Assembly (NCBI RefSeq): GCF_902713615.1 | Contig: NC_052164.1 | Span: 26,958,114 to 27,022,113 of the forward strand | DNA from: Scyliorhinus canicula | Taxonomy: Eukaryota | Direction: 5' to 3' | DNA: 64,000 nucleotides | Part shown: positions 37,648-49,689 of the stretch, in pieces | Numbering within the stretch: the first letter of the stretch is position 1 | How the letters are laid out: each line of letters starts with the position of its first letter | Notes under the pieces: generated by a model | Databases searched by the model: none | Told to the model about the DNA's origin: nothing | The model's input: only the letters and a program-made list of their open reading frames with translations | Made by a program: the position numbers and the translations under genes

Positions 37648-39384
37648 AACCGGCTATTTTTTCTTTTATGGTGCTCATGGTATCCAGGGGTTTGAGAGTA
37701 TTTCTTAATTCAAAAGAGAGATGAGTTGAGAGTGGTTGGAATGACACTCTTTGTGTTAAAGTTACCCTCCGAATCAGATTCCAAGCATTTCATTCGCCTT
37801 TATGGAAATTGGAAAAGAGGCAAATCAATGAAGAGCTTAAAGTGAACAAAGCTTCTTCTGAAAAGAAACACAAAATGGACCGCAAACTGAAGCATCAAAG
37901 ACTGAATTACCCACTTAGTGGGACAATCAGCCACATTTCAAGCTATGAAAGCATTTCCACTCTTAATTGAAATAAAAGTTCATGGGCAGAATTCTCCACT
38001 GTACAACGGCGGAAATGCAGATCGCACTTGGGCAGAGAATTATAGGTAATTGAAAGATTGGGCTTTGCGCCTGGCGCTGATTCTGGTTCATGCTCCGGTC
38101 CCTCGCTAGCGGAGAAATCTCTCGCTGGTGGGTCCATGTAAAGCCATCGTTTGCATGGATTTAAATCTGCTAAGCAGGTTGGACACAGAATGCTCCATCC
38201 TTGCACAATGCTCAGTCTCTCTTCGGCGGAAGTCATGTGGGCGAGAATTGGCGCAAGTATTTACAAATGGGGCATGGACCTTTGGGGGTTTTGAGGGGGA
38301 GCAGGAAGGTAAGGAAACTTTTTAAAAAAACTCTCCAACATGGTCGGGCTTGCTGGAAGCTGGCTGCCTGGGCTGGGAGGAGTACCAGGGTATGACTTGG
38401 TGATAGGCCCATGTATTTGCGGTGCCCCGCTTGGGATTGGGGTGACCTGGCTCAGACCCCCATTGCTGCAGTCTGTGTTTTAAATAGACCTCTTTGGGTG
38501 CTACTTACAGGCCGCCTGGCTGCTCACTCTGCTGACTGCTCACTGTGTCCTGTAAATGTTCACAGAGCCTCTGGCCATTTGGGAGCCTACGCTAGCCACC
38601 CCTCTGGAAACCCTCAGACCCCAGCTGACCCATCAATGGGCATGGGCATGGCCAAGCTCAATCAGTGACACACCAGGTGCTGCCACTCCTCAGTGTGCTC
38701 ATCGTAGGCGCAGCCCCACTGCAGTGAAGTAGGAGAATAGCAGAGCTCACCCAAAACTAAGGACACATGCACTGCAGCCTTTGGCACCCTCCCTGGCACA
38801 CTGTCGCTCTCAGGGCAGAGGCCTCATCAGTGACCATATCAGGACCACCAGCTCTCTCCAGCCCACCGCGCCCCTGTTCCCACCCATCCTGCCTCTGGTC
38901 AGGTTGTCACAACTTGTGTGTCACACCCAGAACCCACAAAGCACTGCAGCTAAGCTCCCAGCAAGTGCACATTTCCCTTGCTCAGCCCCATCTGTAGGAC
39001 CTGCCCACACACAAGCCTCTAAACTCAGGTAATTGGTGGCACAAGGTCACCCTCTCCACCGTACAACTAGGTGCCACCCTGCTGGTGAGATAACACATGG
39101 CCCACCCAGTGAGGACACCCACAGTCGACCCCACTGTGAGAAACAGGACAGCGGCCACAGAGCCTATCGCTGACATGGGTTACGGCAGCCACCGGTACCC
39201 CTGCTGACAGGGATGGGTGGTGAGGATAGAGGCTCCTCACATCACAGGCTGGGTGCCAGTCACTGAAGGGGACTGGGGTAAATTGTGGAAGGCAACATAT
39301 CGTGGGGACTAGCTGAGGGGAGGGATGAGGGGGGGGAATGTGTTGAGGGCAGCGCTGAAGTACAACTCAGAGTCACCAAGTAAC

Positions 39385-39838
39385 CTGATGGAATTGGATG
39401 AGCAAGGATGTACTCATCTTGCTAACATGTCTTCTCAATCCCCACCCGGTCTACCTGGCCGAAGCTACTGTTGTGGACACTGCTGTTGTGGAGGAGCAGA
39501 GCCAGCCCAGCCAGGACCTTGCACAAGAGGAGCCTTCGCCAGAAGAGCAGTGGCCAGCCGATGATCAACCGGCAGAGGAGGAAGTGCACCATCGGCGTCT
39601 GTCCCTCGAGGAGCTGCTGGACTGCCTGCGATACTGAAGATTCGGCTAACCACTGAGACCATGGTGGTGGCACGCCTGGCCCACTGGAGTTTTGAGACAC
39701 CTGCGCCTGGTGGCCATCAAGGTGATGGTTACCCTGAACATTTATGCCTCTGGGTCTTTCCAGGGGCCAGGTGGGGACCTGTTTGGAATCTTGCAAACGT
39801 CCACACACAAGTACATCTGTGCTGTGAGCGATGCCCCA
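39385..39838 (+). pseudogene. HARBI1-like transposase N-terminal remnant (DDE core deleted)
   Basis: VAIKVMVTLNIYASGSFQGPGGDLFGILQTSTHKYICAVSDA at ~39710-39836. Confidence 0.82.
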
Positions 39839-39840
39839 CC

Positions 39841-40048
39841 TAATCTTTGGACACTCAGGGCAATTTAGCCAATCCACCTAACCTGCACATCTTTGGGCTG
39901 TGGGAGGAAACTGGAGCGTCCGGAGTAAACCCATGCAGACAGGGGAGAACGTGCAAATTCCATACAGACAGTCATCCAAGGTCAGAATCAAACCTATCCC
40001 TGACACTGTGAGGCAGCAGTGCCAACCATTGTGTCACCGTGCCGCCCT
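39841..40048 (-). mobile_element. HE1-type SINE (tail truncated) at the transposase deletion junction
   Basis: HE1 head and body. Confidence 0.8.
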
Positions 40049-40209
40049 AGTTATCCTGACCCCTAAATATCACCTATGTGCTCCATCTGTGCCAAATTAA
40101 GTGGTGTCTAACTTTCTAATTTCAGATGCTCTACCGCTCCTTCTAGATATTACTTCAGTCAGCACATCAGACGTGGAGGCGTCCTGCTGTGTCTCTCACC
40201 CTCTGACCT

Positions 40210-42075
40210 GAGATGCCTTTGGTGGTTGTCCTCCGGAGGGCCTGGACCTGGAGGAACCCGACTGGCGTTTGGATGTCACACGTGACAAGGTGCCATCCTG
40301 TTCTGCCCGCTGGCCATCAGATGTGCCAGGGTCAGGTGCGGGGATTCGAAAGCTTTGAGCTGTTCCAGGACCTCCCCTGCAGGAGGCACTGGCATGGGCC
40401 CCTTCACGTTCTCCTCCTTCGGGGTGCCCAATGGCTCCCGGGCTACTCCTTTGGAGGCGAGGCCGGAGTGAACTCCAAAGGCTCCACCATCACCTGGCAC
40501 TGCCAGTCCTGGAGGCTCGTTCTTGTCTGAGGCATGGTCTTGATATCCTCAACCATGGAGCACTGGAACTGGAACATGTCCCTCAGTGAGTGAGACATGT
40601 CCCTCACACTGCATCGGTCATGTCCCTCTGGCACTGTGCAATGCCCTCTCAGATTGTGACATGTCCCTCTGTGACTGACCAAAGTCAGTCAGTGCCCAGC
40701 CAATGCTCTCGATGCCCTCAGCCATGGCTCTTTGTGCCTCCGGAGAACCGCAGCAATGTGCATGTGGGCCCGCTGCATGTCTGCTTGTGACTGGGCTCCC
40801 CAGTCCAGCATCTCAGCCATTGACTGCACAGATTGCCCCAAGCCTTAACTGTATTGACCCTTGGCTCTGACATCTTGCCCCAAGGCTTCCACTATGGACA
40901 CCACCCGTTTGGTGTTGGCCTGGGTACTACGCATTGTCGGTAGTGTCCTCAGCACCTGAAGGCAGTTGGACTCCTCCAGCTGTCCTGCAGTTGCTGGAAA
41001 TTAGCTGACACCCCCTCTTGTAAATCCTGGCTCTGTGTCTGCATCTCTACCAGTGATGGGCTCATACCTTCCGGAACCGCGGCACCTGTCTGGGCTACAG
41101 CTGTTTCCTGGGGTTGGGCAACCCTCCGGCCGCCCACTGCTTCAGAAGCCCTACCTCCACCTGAAGGGCAGCACCATGTGTGAATTGGACACCAGAAGGT
41201 GATCCAGGAGCCTCTTCACTAAAATGCCCCACCGAGGTGATAGTCTCTGCGATGGTGGGGAGTGCAGGTGACAGCAGTGAGGAGACATTGATGTCTTCCC
41301 CGGAGTGATGCTCCGGTGTGTGCTGGGGATGTGGCTGGGGCAGTGACCCCGGATGGCCCAGCCTCTTCTGATGGTGGCCCTGCAAGACAAAAAACAAGAG
41401 ACATGGTGAGGTCTGTGGGAGAGGGCTGACTCACTTGCTATAGGGATGTCATTTTGCATTGGGATCTCACTTGCCTTCCACATGCCGACCTCTGCTTCTG
41501 AGACTGCCCTTTCTTCACCCGCTTACTCCATCACCCTCAGCTCTGTGGGGGTCGGAGATTCCCCCCCCCCTCCATATTTATTGCGCTCTTTTTGATTACG
41601 AGCCACCTTGTCCTCGGGGACACACAAAGGACACGGTGAGACACAGTGAGGTGAATTCTAGGGGGAGTGTGTAGGTGGGGGAAGGTGTGTGCAGGGCACC
41701 TGGGGCCATAGAGGACAATACAGATGTTGTGGGGGTGGGATGTCAGGGAGATGCAGGCAGCTGGGTTTTGATTGGCCTCTATGGGAGTGGTGAGGAGTGA
41801 GGGACAGGAGCGATGCCAGGGGCACAGAGGTGGTGACTCAGCTGAGCTGCCCTGAGGAGGCCATTCATCTTCATCTTGCACTGGGTGCTAGTCTTCCTGG
41901 TGAGGCTGACAGCACTCATGGCCTCTGCTGCCTCCTCCCAGACCCTGTTAACAATGGTGGGCTTCAGTCTCCTGCCCACTCTGGCGAAGAGGGTGTCCCT
42001 CCTCCTCTCCACCATGTCCAGCCTGCGATCAAGCTCTGACTCAGAAGATCTGGGGGCAGGTCTCTGTGGAGCCAT
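40210..42075 (-). pseudogene. Harbinger Myb/SANT-like gene (spliced), disrupted
   Basis: MAPQRPAPRSSESELDRRLDMVERRRDTLF..VWEEAAEAMSAVSLTRKTSTQCKMKMNGLLRAA; donor GTGAGT at ~41434, acceptor TTGTCTTGCAG at ~41381. Confidence 0.85.
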
Positions 42076-42984
42076 CTTCTTGACTGGAATGAGAGTGTGT
42101 GCTGAGTGGAGTGCTTATAGGCAGCTCCAGCTTGTCAGGCTCTCCAGCGCCAATTCCAGCCCCAGCGAATCAGATGCCAGTGCGAATGGGAATTGCTCTA
42201 AATTCCCGTGGACAGGCGTGTCCTGACCTGCTCCCAGAATGGCGCCCCCAACAGGAATGCAAACTGCACACAATTCAGCCCTTATTCAGCAACATTATTG
42301 TCTCCCAAACAGAGAATTCTGTTCCATGTCTTTGTTTCTGCTTTGTCATTTTTCAGTTTAATTAACAGTGATTATTTGGAAAATTGACCATTACAGATAA
42401 GCTGTCATATAATTTGGTTTAATCGAACTGCTATACTTCTCTAAAATATCAAATGCTGAGGGAGGCCATAAAGAATTGTTTTTAATTGAGCAGGTGAGAG
42501 ATCCTAATTAGAGGCCCGAAGAGGTGCTGCAGCCTCTGCTTGGAACTACATCCCGGGATCATTTCCAAGGTGAAGACCCAGGAGGTCAGGAGGAAGGGGG
42601 ATTGTGGTGTAGTGGGGTAGGCCAGCTGGGGAAGGCAGGAGCTTCCAGGTCCTGCAGTGAGGGGGCTCCAAATCTGAAGGGACCTTCAGTTTGAGAAAAG
42701 TTGAAAAATGGATGGCCCACCTGCCTGTTCTGCCCATGCGATGGCAGAAAGATTGCACGGACAATGTAGTATTCCAGGCAGATAAGCCCTTCAATTGGCG
42801 TCAGAATTATTGGCGGGTGCGCTGCCAATCTGCGCCAGCCAACCGAAAGATCATGCGAGTGTGGGATGACCTATGGATGTGCACCCACCGCCACCATGCG
42901 TTATTTTATGCTCTTCCCGATCGGGCACATGTTCGCCAGCGTCATGTAAAATTCAGCCCTAGGGATAACATCCTTGCCATGGGG

Positions 42985-43170
42985 ATCTTTTACATTCTTG
43001 CAAGCAGACAGACAGGGCCTCTGTTTAACATTTCACCGAAAAGACAGCACCTCTATCAGTGCAGCACATCCTCAATTCTGCAATGGCAGCAACCTTCGCT
43101 TTGCTGCTCAATCACTGGAGTGGGACTTGAATCTCGAACCTTGTGACAAGAGGCACGAGTGCCTCTAAAT
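42985..43170 (-). mobile_element. Ancient Deu-type SINE fragment
   Basis: GGTTCGAGATTCAAGTCCCACTCCAG head; GTGCTGTCTTTTCGGTGAAATGTTAAAC Deu-like segment. Confidence 0.55.
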
Positions 43171-43499
43171 TACGGCTGGCATAAAGGTCTATTGCCATTT
43201 AGTTAGGGTTTTCTGTTATTTCTCTCTTTTTAAGGGCCACAAGACTGAATTTTAACTTCCAGCAGCATGTCCCCAGAGCATCAGGAGCCAGGAGCTTCAG
43301 AATCACGTTTGTCAGAAGCTTTTTAATATGGCCATTGCATTTGGTGATGCCACAAATGCAGAGGGAACACTCACCACAAATGCATAATTTCTATCTCAGT
43401 ACCAATGAGATAGTAATGCCCAGCTTGGTATAGCACATTTTACACATCATTCTTAATCTGTAGCACAGTGAAATCAAACTCAGCCGACTCGAAATTCTG

Positions 43500-43857
43500 C
43501 TTTATTTTATTCATTCATGTGGGAATTGCAGGCTGTGCCAGCATTTATTGCCCATCCCTAATTGCCCTTGAGGGGGCAGTTAAGTGTCAACCACATTGCT
43601 GTGGGCCTGGAGTCACATGTAGGCCAGACCAGATAAGGCTGGCACATTTTCTTCCCTAAAGGACATTAGTGAACCAGATGGGTTTTTGCAACAATCGACA
43701 ATGGTTTCATGGTTATCATTAGACTTTTAATTTCAGATATTTTATTGAGTTTAAATTCCATCAGCTGCCATGGTGGGATTCGAACCCGGGTCCCCAGATC
43801 ATTATCCTAGATCTCTGGATTACTAGTCCAGCGACAATACCACTGTGCCACCACCTC
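43500..43857 (-). mobile_element. SacSINE1-like tRNA SINE (L2-type tail)
   Basis: Head GGCACAGTGGTATTGTCGCTGGACTAGTAATCCAGAG..GGTTCGAATCCCACC; body CCCATCTGGTTCACTAATGTCCTTTAGGGAAG; tail GGGCAATAAATGCTGG. Confidence 0.85.
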
Positions 43858-44002
43858 TCCACTTGTGTTGAAGTTATCAAGCATTCCCGCCAGCAGAATG
43901 TCAAACGCCATAGAACAATTCCCGTGATTAGTCTACATTCCACAGTGGTCGATTCAGTTTAGTCGGCAAGAAAAATAAGGCCATAATCCTTTGCAAAATA
44001 AT

Positions 44003-45496
44003 GGGGGCTGGATTCTCCATTTTTGGGGCTATGTCCCCCGTGTCGCGTCTTTTCGTCCGACGTCACTTCGTCCAACGACACTTCGTCCACGTCTTTTGGT
44101 CCAACGTCTTTTTGTCCGCCCGTCTTTTGGTCCAACGTCACTTCGTCCAATTATCCAATTACAAATTAACTCCGTATAAAACCATTTAATTGATAAAATG
44201 CAAGTACAATACAGCAAGTGAATTTAATTGCAAAAATGCAAGTAATTGATAAAATGCAAGTAAAATGCAAGTTGAAAAATGCAGTTAAAAAGTTAAAAAA
44301 TCTAAAAATGCAGTTAAAAAATCTAAAAGTTTACTAATTACTTAAAATTCCCGAAATTACTTAAAATTGATGTAAATTGTAAATTCCCGAAATTCCCTAA
44401 AAGTTAGATTTCCAGAACTGTACCCGAGAGGGAATAATGGGGAGAGGACAAGATGATTTGATATTCTACAATTCCGACAGACACAGATATAAGTGGGAGT
44501 CTAATTGGATTTAGACAATGAGTGCAGTTCTGAAAGAAGCAGATTTAAACTCGATTTTCGTCGAGTGATTAAAACCTCTGGTTGGCAGTGGGTTCTGACA
44601 TTACAGGTCTGAAATGATCAAATATTCCATCAGATACAATGGCTCTCATCACGCTGGAGCATACATGGGTGAATATCCTACAGCTTATCTTAATAATGTC
44701 TGGAGATCAAGCAGCACAAATGCAGAACTCAACCTCAAGAGGCGAATTAGGTGGAGAGGATCCTTGAGCAGTAACATTGAAAAACTAAATTAAACTATTT
44801 GTAATTGGATAATTGGACGAAGTGACGTTGGACCAAAAGACGGGCGGACAAAAAGACGTTGGACCAAAAGACGTGGACGAAGTGTCGTTGGACGAAATGA
44901 CGTCGGACGAAAAGACATAGCACCATGTCCCCATGCCGTCGGGAAAACTGTGGTCTTTTACGCCAAGAAAACTGGCGTCAAAAGGCCACAGATTCCCCGT
45001 TTTGCTGGGGGCTAGCAGGCAGCTGTCGTAGAGCTCGTAGCTCTAGCTGCCGATACGGCCCCCCGCACCTCCGGGTCTGAGGCCTCGTATGCGCATGGAG
45101 GCGGCCTCCAGCGACCGTGCCATACTCCATGGCGGACTTAGCCTGTGGACCTGGATCGCCAAAATAGTGCCCCGCATCGGCCGCTCATGCTCCCCGGACC
45201 GCCTGCACACATAGCCCCCAGTCCCGAATGAAGCCCCCCCCTGCCCTCTGATTGGCCCTCCCCTGACTATGGTGGCCCCGGACTGAGTCTGCAGCTACCA
45301 CGCAACGATCCCGGACAGTGGGACCATGAGAGCACCATGCCATCGGGAATTCGGCCAGTCGGGGATGGAGAATCATGGGGTGGGCCTCAGGCAATGGCCT
45401 GAGGCGGTGGATACTCAGTGCGGCGTATTCCATGAATACGGCGATTTTCGGGGGGTGGAATGCGATTTCAGCGTCTGGGTGCGGAAAATCCAGCGT
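44003..45496. mobile_element. Harbinger-type MITE (GGGCTGGATTCTCC TIR family), host of the foldback insertion
   Basis: TIRs GGGCTGGATTCTCC / GGAAAATCCAGCGT; paralogs at 56040-56744 and 61946-62800. Confidence 0.8.
44039..44924. mobile_element. Young non-autonomous foldback-like DNA transposon with modular TIRs (Mutator/Foldback-like)
   Basis: 128-bp TIRs (44039-44166, 44797-44924), each with seven ~15-bp units; 8-bp TSD ATGTCCCC. Confidence 0.9.
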
Positions 45497-46552
45497 AAGC
45501 AAAATGGCCTCTTCTGTAAGGGGTTCATGTGACCGTGCTGAGTGGAGTGGACCTAAGCACACTGATATATGAAACGCTGGACAAGTCACCATCTCACATC
45601 GCAATTTCTTTGTTAAGCAATATGCAAAACGTGTGACTATGGCAAAAACCGCGAGGAAATTAAAATTCATCGGAAAAAGTGTGCATGTAGCATTTTAAAT
45701 ATAGCAGGTTTTTTAGGCATATCAGGCTACCTAGGGAGGCATTCATATGGACATGGAACCTCAGTGGCTATCGCAAAACTCTGCTCAACCCAATTTCATG
45801 GTGGTTCTCAGGGGATTTGACTGATGGAAATTTTATTTAGTCTTCCTCCATCCCCATTTCATTTACTATTTTGATCATCAAGTACAGCCTATAAATTATG
45901 TTTGAAACCTCAATGCAAACAGGCTGAAAAGCAATAGCTCTGATCCTCACCATAGATAGCCCAGGACTGGGAAACAAAGCCACCTTGCCCCACATTGAAC
46001 TCAGAGCAACTACACGCAGACCAAGAGAGGAAATGGCAGCCAGATACCTCCAGCCCTCCCGCCCACTACTCCCCAGAACCAGCCATCTCCACCTTAGTAG
46101 TTGCAATGAAGGGGTGCTGGACATCAGCTGATCATAAAAAATGGAGAGATGGGGATCTCTGGGCTACCTAGTCGCAGAATTAAATTTCACACAACTTCAT
46201 GTCACTTACTCGTGTTGACTTGAGGTCAAGTGCCACTGAAATATGGTAATCTTCACAATGATGATTTAGAAAGAACCGTCTCACCTTTGTTCGTTCTCAT
46301 TCATAAATCTCTTTCTCTTCAGATCCCATCCTAAGTGGGCATTGGCGTTGATGGACCTCCATCTTAATCTTTCTCTGGAAATATGATAGATCATCTTCGT
46401 TGATGGCATATTCATTCGGTTTTGAGATTCTTTATAAAGATTGTTTTTTTGTCGATCTCGCTTTCATTTACCATTGATCTTTCCCATCAGTATCAGATTT
46501 TCTGAATCGTGATTCTTATTAAGTGCCCAGGAAATTCCAAATGGTTCTTCCT

Positions 46553-47348
46553 GAGCTGGATTCGCCGCTTCGCACGACTGGTACCGAAATTCCTGATGCG
46601 GTGGAGAATCCGGCGTTGGGGAGAAAATGGGATCAGCGCTGGACGCTGACCTGTTTCCGATGCTTCGGTCACCGCTGGCGTCGGGATTGAAGTTTGCACC
46701 CTACGCCAGCTGGAGGATGCAAATGGGCCATTAAGACTCATTTGCATCCAATTACTGGGCTGGAGGGCGGGATTCTCCCATGCCACGCCATTTTTTACCG
46801 CGGCGCCGGTCCAACGCCAGCAGGCGATTCTCTGAGGAGTGGAGAATCGGCGTCATTTGAACCGGCACGTTTGGCGCGGCACCGATCGTGGGCCGCTGTT
46901 TGCGGCCGGGCTGCTGATTCCCCGGCCTTGATGGGCCAAGCGGCCACGTGAAAATGGCAGAGTCCCGCCGTTGACGTTCACAGCTGCTCGCAGCCGGCGG
47001 GAACTCTGCGCGTAGGGTCGGGGGGGGGGGTGGTCTGGGGAAAAGCGCTCCTTCACCAGGGAGGGCCTCCGATGGGGTCTGGCCCGCGATCGGGGCCCAC
47101 CGATTGGTGGGCCGCCCTCTCCAGCCCTGGACCTATTTTGTTACGCGGCCGGCCCCTGACCCCCACGCCATGTTGCGTCGGGGACAGCACATTGAGGAAG
47201 TCCCCTGCGCATTCGCGGGTTGGCGTGGTGCCCAGTTGGCGACAGGAAGGGAGGCTGGAGCGGCGTGAACCACTCCAGCACTGTGCTGGCACCCTGTGGC
47301 GAAACGACGCGAACACTCTGCCTCCATTTCGGAGAGTCATGCCCCATA
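46553..47348. mobile_element. Harbinger-type MITE
   Basis: GAGCTGGATTCGCC..GGAGAATCC start and GGAGAGTCATGCCC end; CpG-rich. Confidence 0.65.
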
Positions 47349-47359
47349 TTCTCTGGGCC

Positions 47360-48260
47360 CTCATGATTCTCCAATCCTCGGCTGAGAATGACTTGGGTGA
47401 GAATGGGTGCTGGTCCTGACAAGCGTGTATTTGAAGCAATTAACCTTGTGCTGAGCCATGGGAGTAACTTTTTAAGGGATTTGCCACCAAAGTCCACGGA
47501 GGGTCACCTACCCCCTCCACAATGCAAGACATGCCCACCCCACTCCCACCAGATACCCCACCGCACCCACACCAGAGACCCCCTAAATAAAGCCCTCTGC
47601 AGAGACCATCTAAATATAGATCCACCAGAGACTCCCAACTAAATAGACCCCACACAGAGACCCTCTAAATAAAAAGTCCCTCTACAGGTACCCCCTAAAT
47701 AAAGAGCACTACCCATAGAGACCTATAAATAAGGAGACCTCCTACAGACTCCCCAGAAGAGAGACTCCTTCCAGGAAGCCCCCCCCCCCCCCACAGAAGA
47801 GAGACCCCTATTTAGAAGCTATAGAACAGTCCAGACAGAGGCAGTGAAAAACATCACTGCTTTAAGACTCACCTGGGCAATACACCTGCTGGTTCAGACA
47901 CAGGAAGCAGCATCTGCAAATTTCTGGAAAGAGAAAAACAGTCAGCTGGTTTTAAACCTCCTCAGATCTTTGATCTGGTAGCCATTAATTCATCTTTGAT
48001 CTTGATATCACTACGCTGCGATTGACAACTTCCACACACACTCAGCTGTCAGCATTGTTCCATTCACCTCCCTTCATTGTTGAGTAACTTTGAAGTGGTC
48101 AGCTGTGAAACTAACTGCAGTGTTTATAAACATTGAGATTTGATCGACAGCTCCTAGACCGCTTCAAACAGAGTTAAGTGCTGTTAGTATAAAAGCTGAC
48201 CACTTCAAAGTCACTCAATGGTAAAGGAAGATGAATGGAAAGCACTGAGCTATGATGTAT
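47360..48260. mobile_element. Half copy of the long foldback-like element family (cf. 33600-35260)
   Basis: AGAGACCCC repeats followed by AGAAGCTATAGAACAGTCCAGACAGAGGCAGTGAAAAACATCACTG, matching ~34205-34255. Confidence 0.6.
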
Positions 48261-48414
48261 GCTTCAAAATAAGGGGCTTTTCACAGTAACTTCATTGAAG
48301 ACTACTTGTGACAATAAGCAATTATTATCATTATTATTATTAATAAGTCATCTAAGAGTGCTTTGATTGTCACATGAATATAATCTGTTAGACTCTGAGC
48401 CTTTGGAAATCGAA

Positions 48415-48665
48415 CTATCATGCTGTTGAATGCCTGCTCCCCTGGCAGCAGTCATGATAGGGTCATCCTGCAGCAACCCGCTGTGCCAGTCACTACTGGA
48501 TGCTCAGTGGCGAGGGCTATTCTCTGTAGATGTGGCTGGTGACTGGCCCATGCTATCCAACAAGCCAGTGCTCATATAATGAGAGCCATGCTGCCAGGAG
48601 GAGGGCCTTTCAGAAGACCATCAGGGTGCTGCACCAATGAATCCGCTGCCTCAACCACTTCTCGG
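48415..48665 (+). pseudogene. HARBI1-like transposase catalytic-core remnant (Harbinger 4; element extends to ~49156)
   Basis: IMLLNACSPGSSHDRVILQQPAVP, WMLSGEGYSL*MWLVT, QCSYNESHAARRRAFQKTIRVLHQ*IRCL; TIR-like CAATTCAGCCCC at ~49145-49156. Confidence 0.75.
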
Positions 48666-49689
48666 TGTCCCGGCTTATGGCAGCCTGCTGTATTCTAAGC
48701 AACTTGTCCATCATCAGGGCACAGCTTTTGCCGTCACAGGTTCAGTGAAAACCACATTCGGAAGAGGAAGGGCACTGGTTGAGTGGCAATACAAATGCTT
48801 TCGTCCTGAGAGAGGACAGCAGGTTCAAGCTCAATGAAACCGCTGCCACTCACACGGGGTGCTGTCTCAGCAATCCTAGCAACCTGGTGCAGCAGTCAGT
48901 CGCTCCAATTGGTTCCACGCCTTCTCCATGGGGGCCAGCACATGCAGCCGTGATGGCATTAAATGGTGCAAACCGTGCACGAACCTGAGCACGCAGACAC
49001 ACATCAGTATGCTCAGCTGGACTTTACACTACATTCATGAAAATGAGTAGGCGTCACAAAGTTTGTATGCTGCCTGTGTCACTTTGATCGTGTGCAGAGC
49101 AGCCGTGCATCGCGATCCCTGTGGCCAATTTTGTGGGCTATCCAATTCAGCCCCCAGGTTTTCCAAAGTGGAAAAACATTCTATTGCCTAGCAATTATGT
49201 CCTCAGCAAAGCTTCACCCAAAAATTGCTTTCCAAGATAATTGAAACCTAACCAGTAAGCTGTGACTGAAGCACTGAAGCAGAGCAAGTGTTATGAAGTG
49301 TTAAGTGTGCTTGCACTTCTCTCGAATAGCTATTGATGTCATCTGAACCCAAAGTTCAGCACTTTATTAATGAAATTCACTTGGAGTCCTACATACCTAT
49401 AACATACCTGTAATACATGCTAAACTCTCAAAAGGAAAACAGTTCTAATGATAGGTAAAAGTGGGGATGAAACTATATTCAGTCACAATTAGTGAGACTG
49501 TTCTACTAATATGGAGCTTCACACTTTGGACATGTCAGTCAGAGAATTGGGAATGGATGTTGCATCACCCATCCACAGTGCTCCATTTAATACTGCTGTT
49601 AGGTTTAAACTCTAAAAAACCTTGAGCTGACCTCCACATCCATTTCTCTGCTCTGCATTCCTGTTCAGCAAAGCTGCATACTGGAAGCC

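Larger units (their letters stand above)
37984..42324. mobile_element. Decayed PIF/Harbinger transposon 2
   Basis: TIRs GGGCAGAATTCTCC / AGAGAATTCTGTTC with 3-bp TSD CAT; transposase remnant (+) and Myb gene (-). Confidence 0.88.

Noticed and set aside
37725-37970. Lys-rich open frame KLEKRQINEELKVNK..
   Set aside because: No start or splice support; explained by A-rich composition.
44046-44150. CRISPR-like repeat array
   Set aside because: The units are contiguous with no spacers, mirrored as a TIR and bounded by a TSD, in eukaryotic DNA.
46200-46480. Possible old RTE-like LINE 3' fragment
   Set aside because: Too decayed to support by eye.
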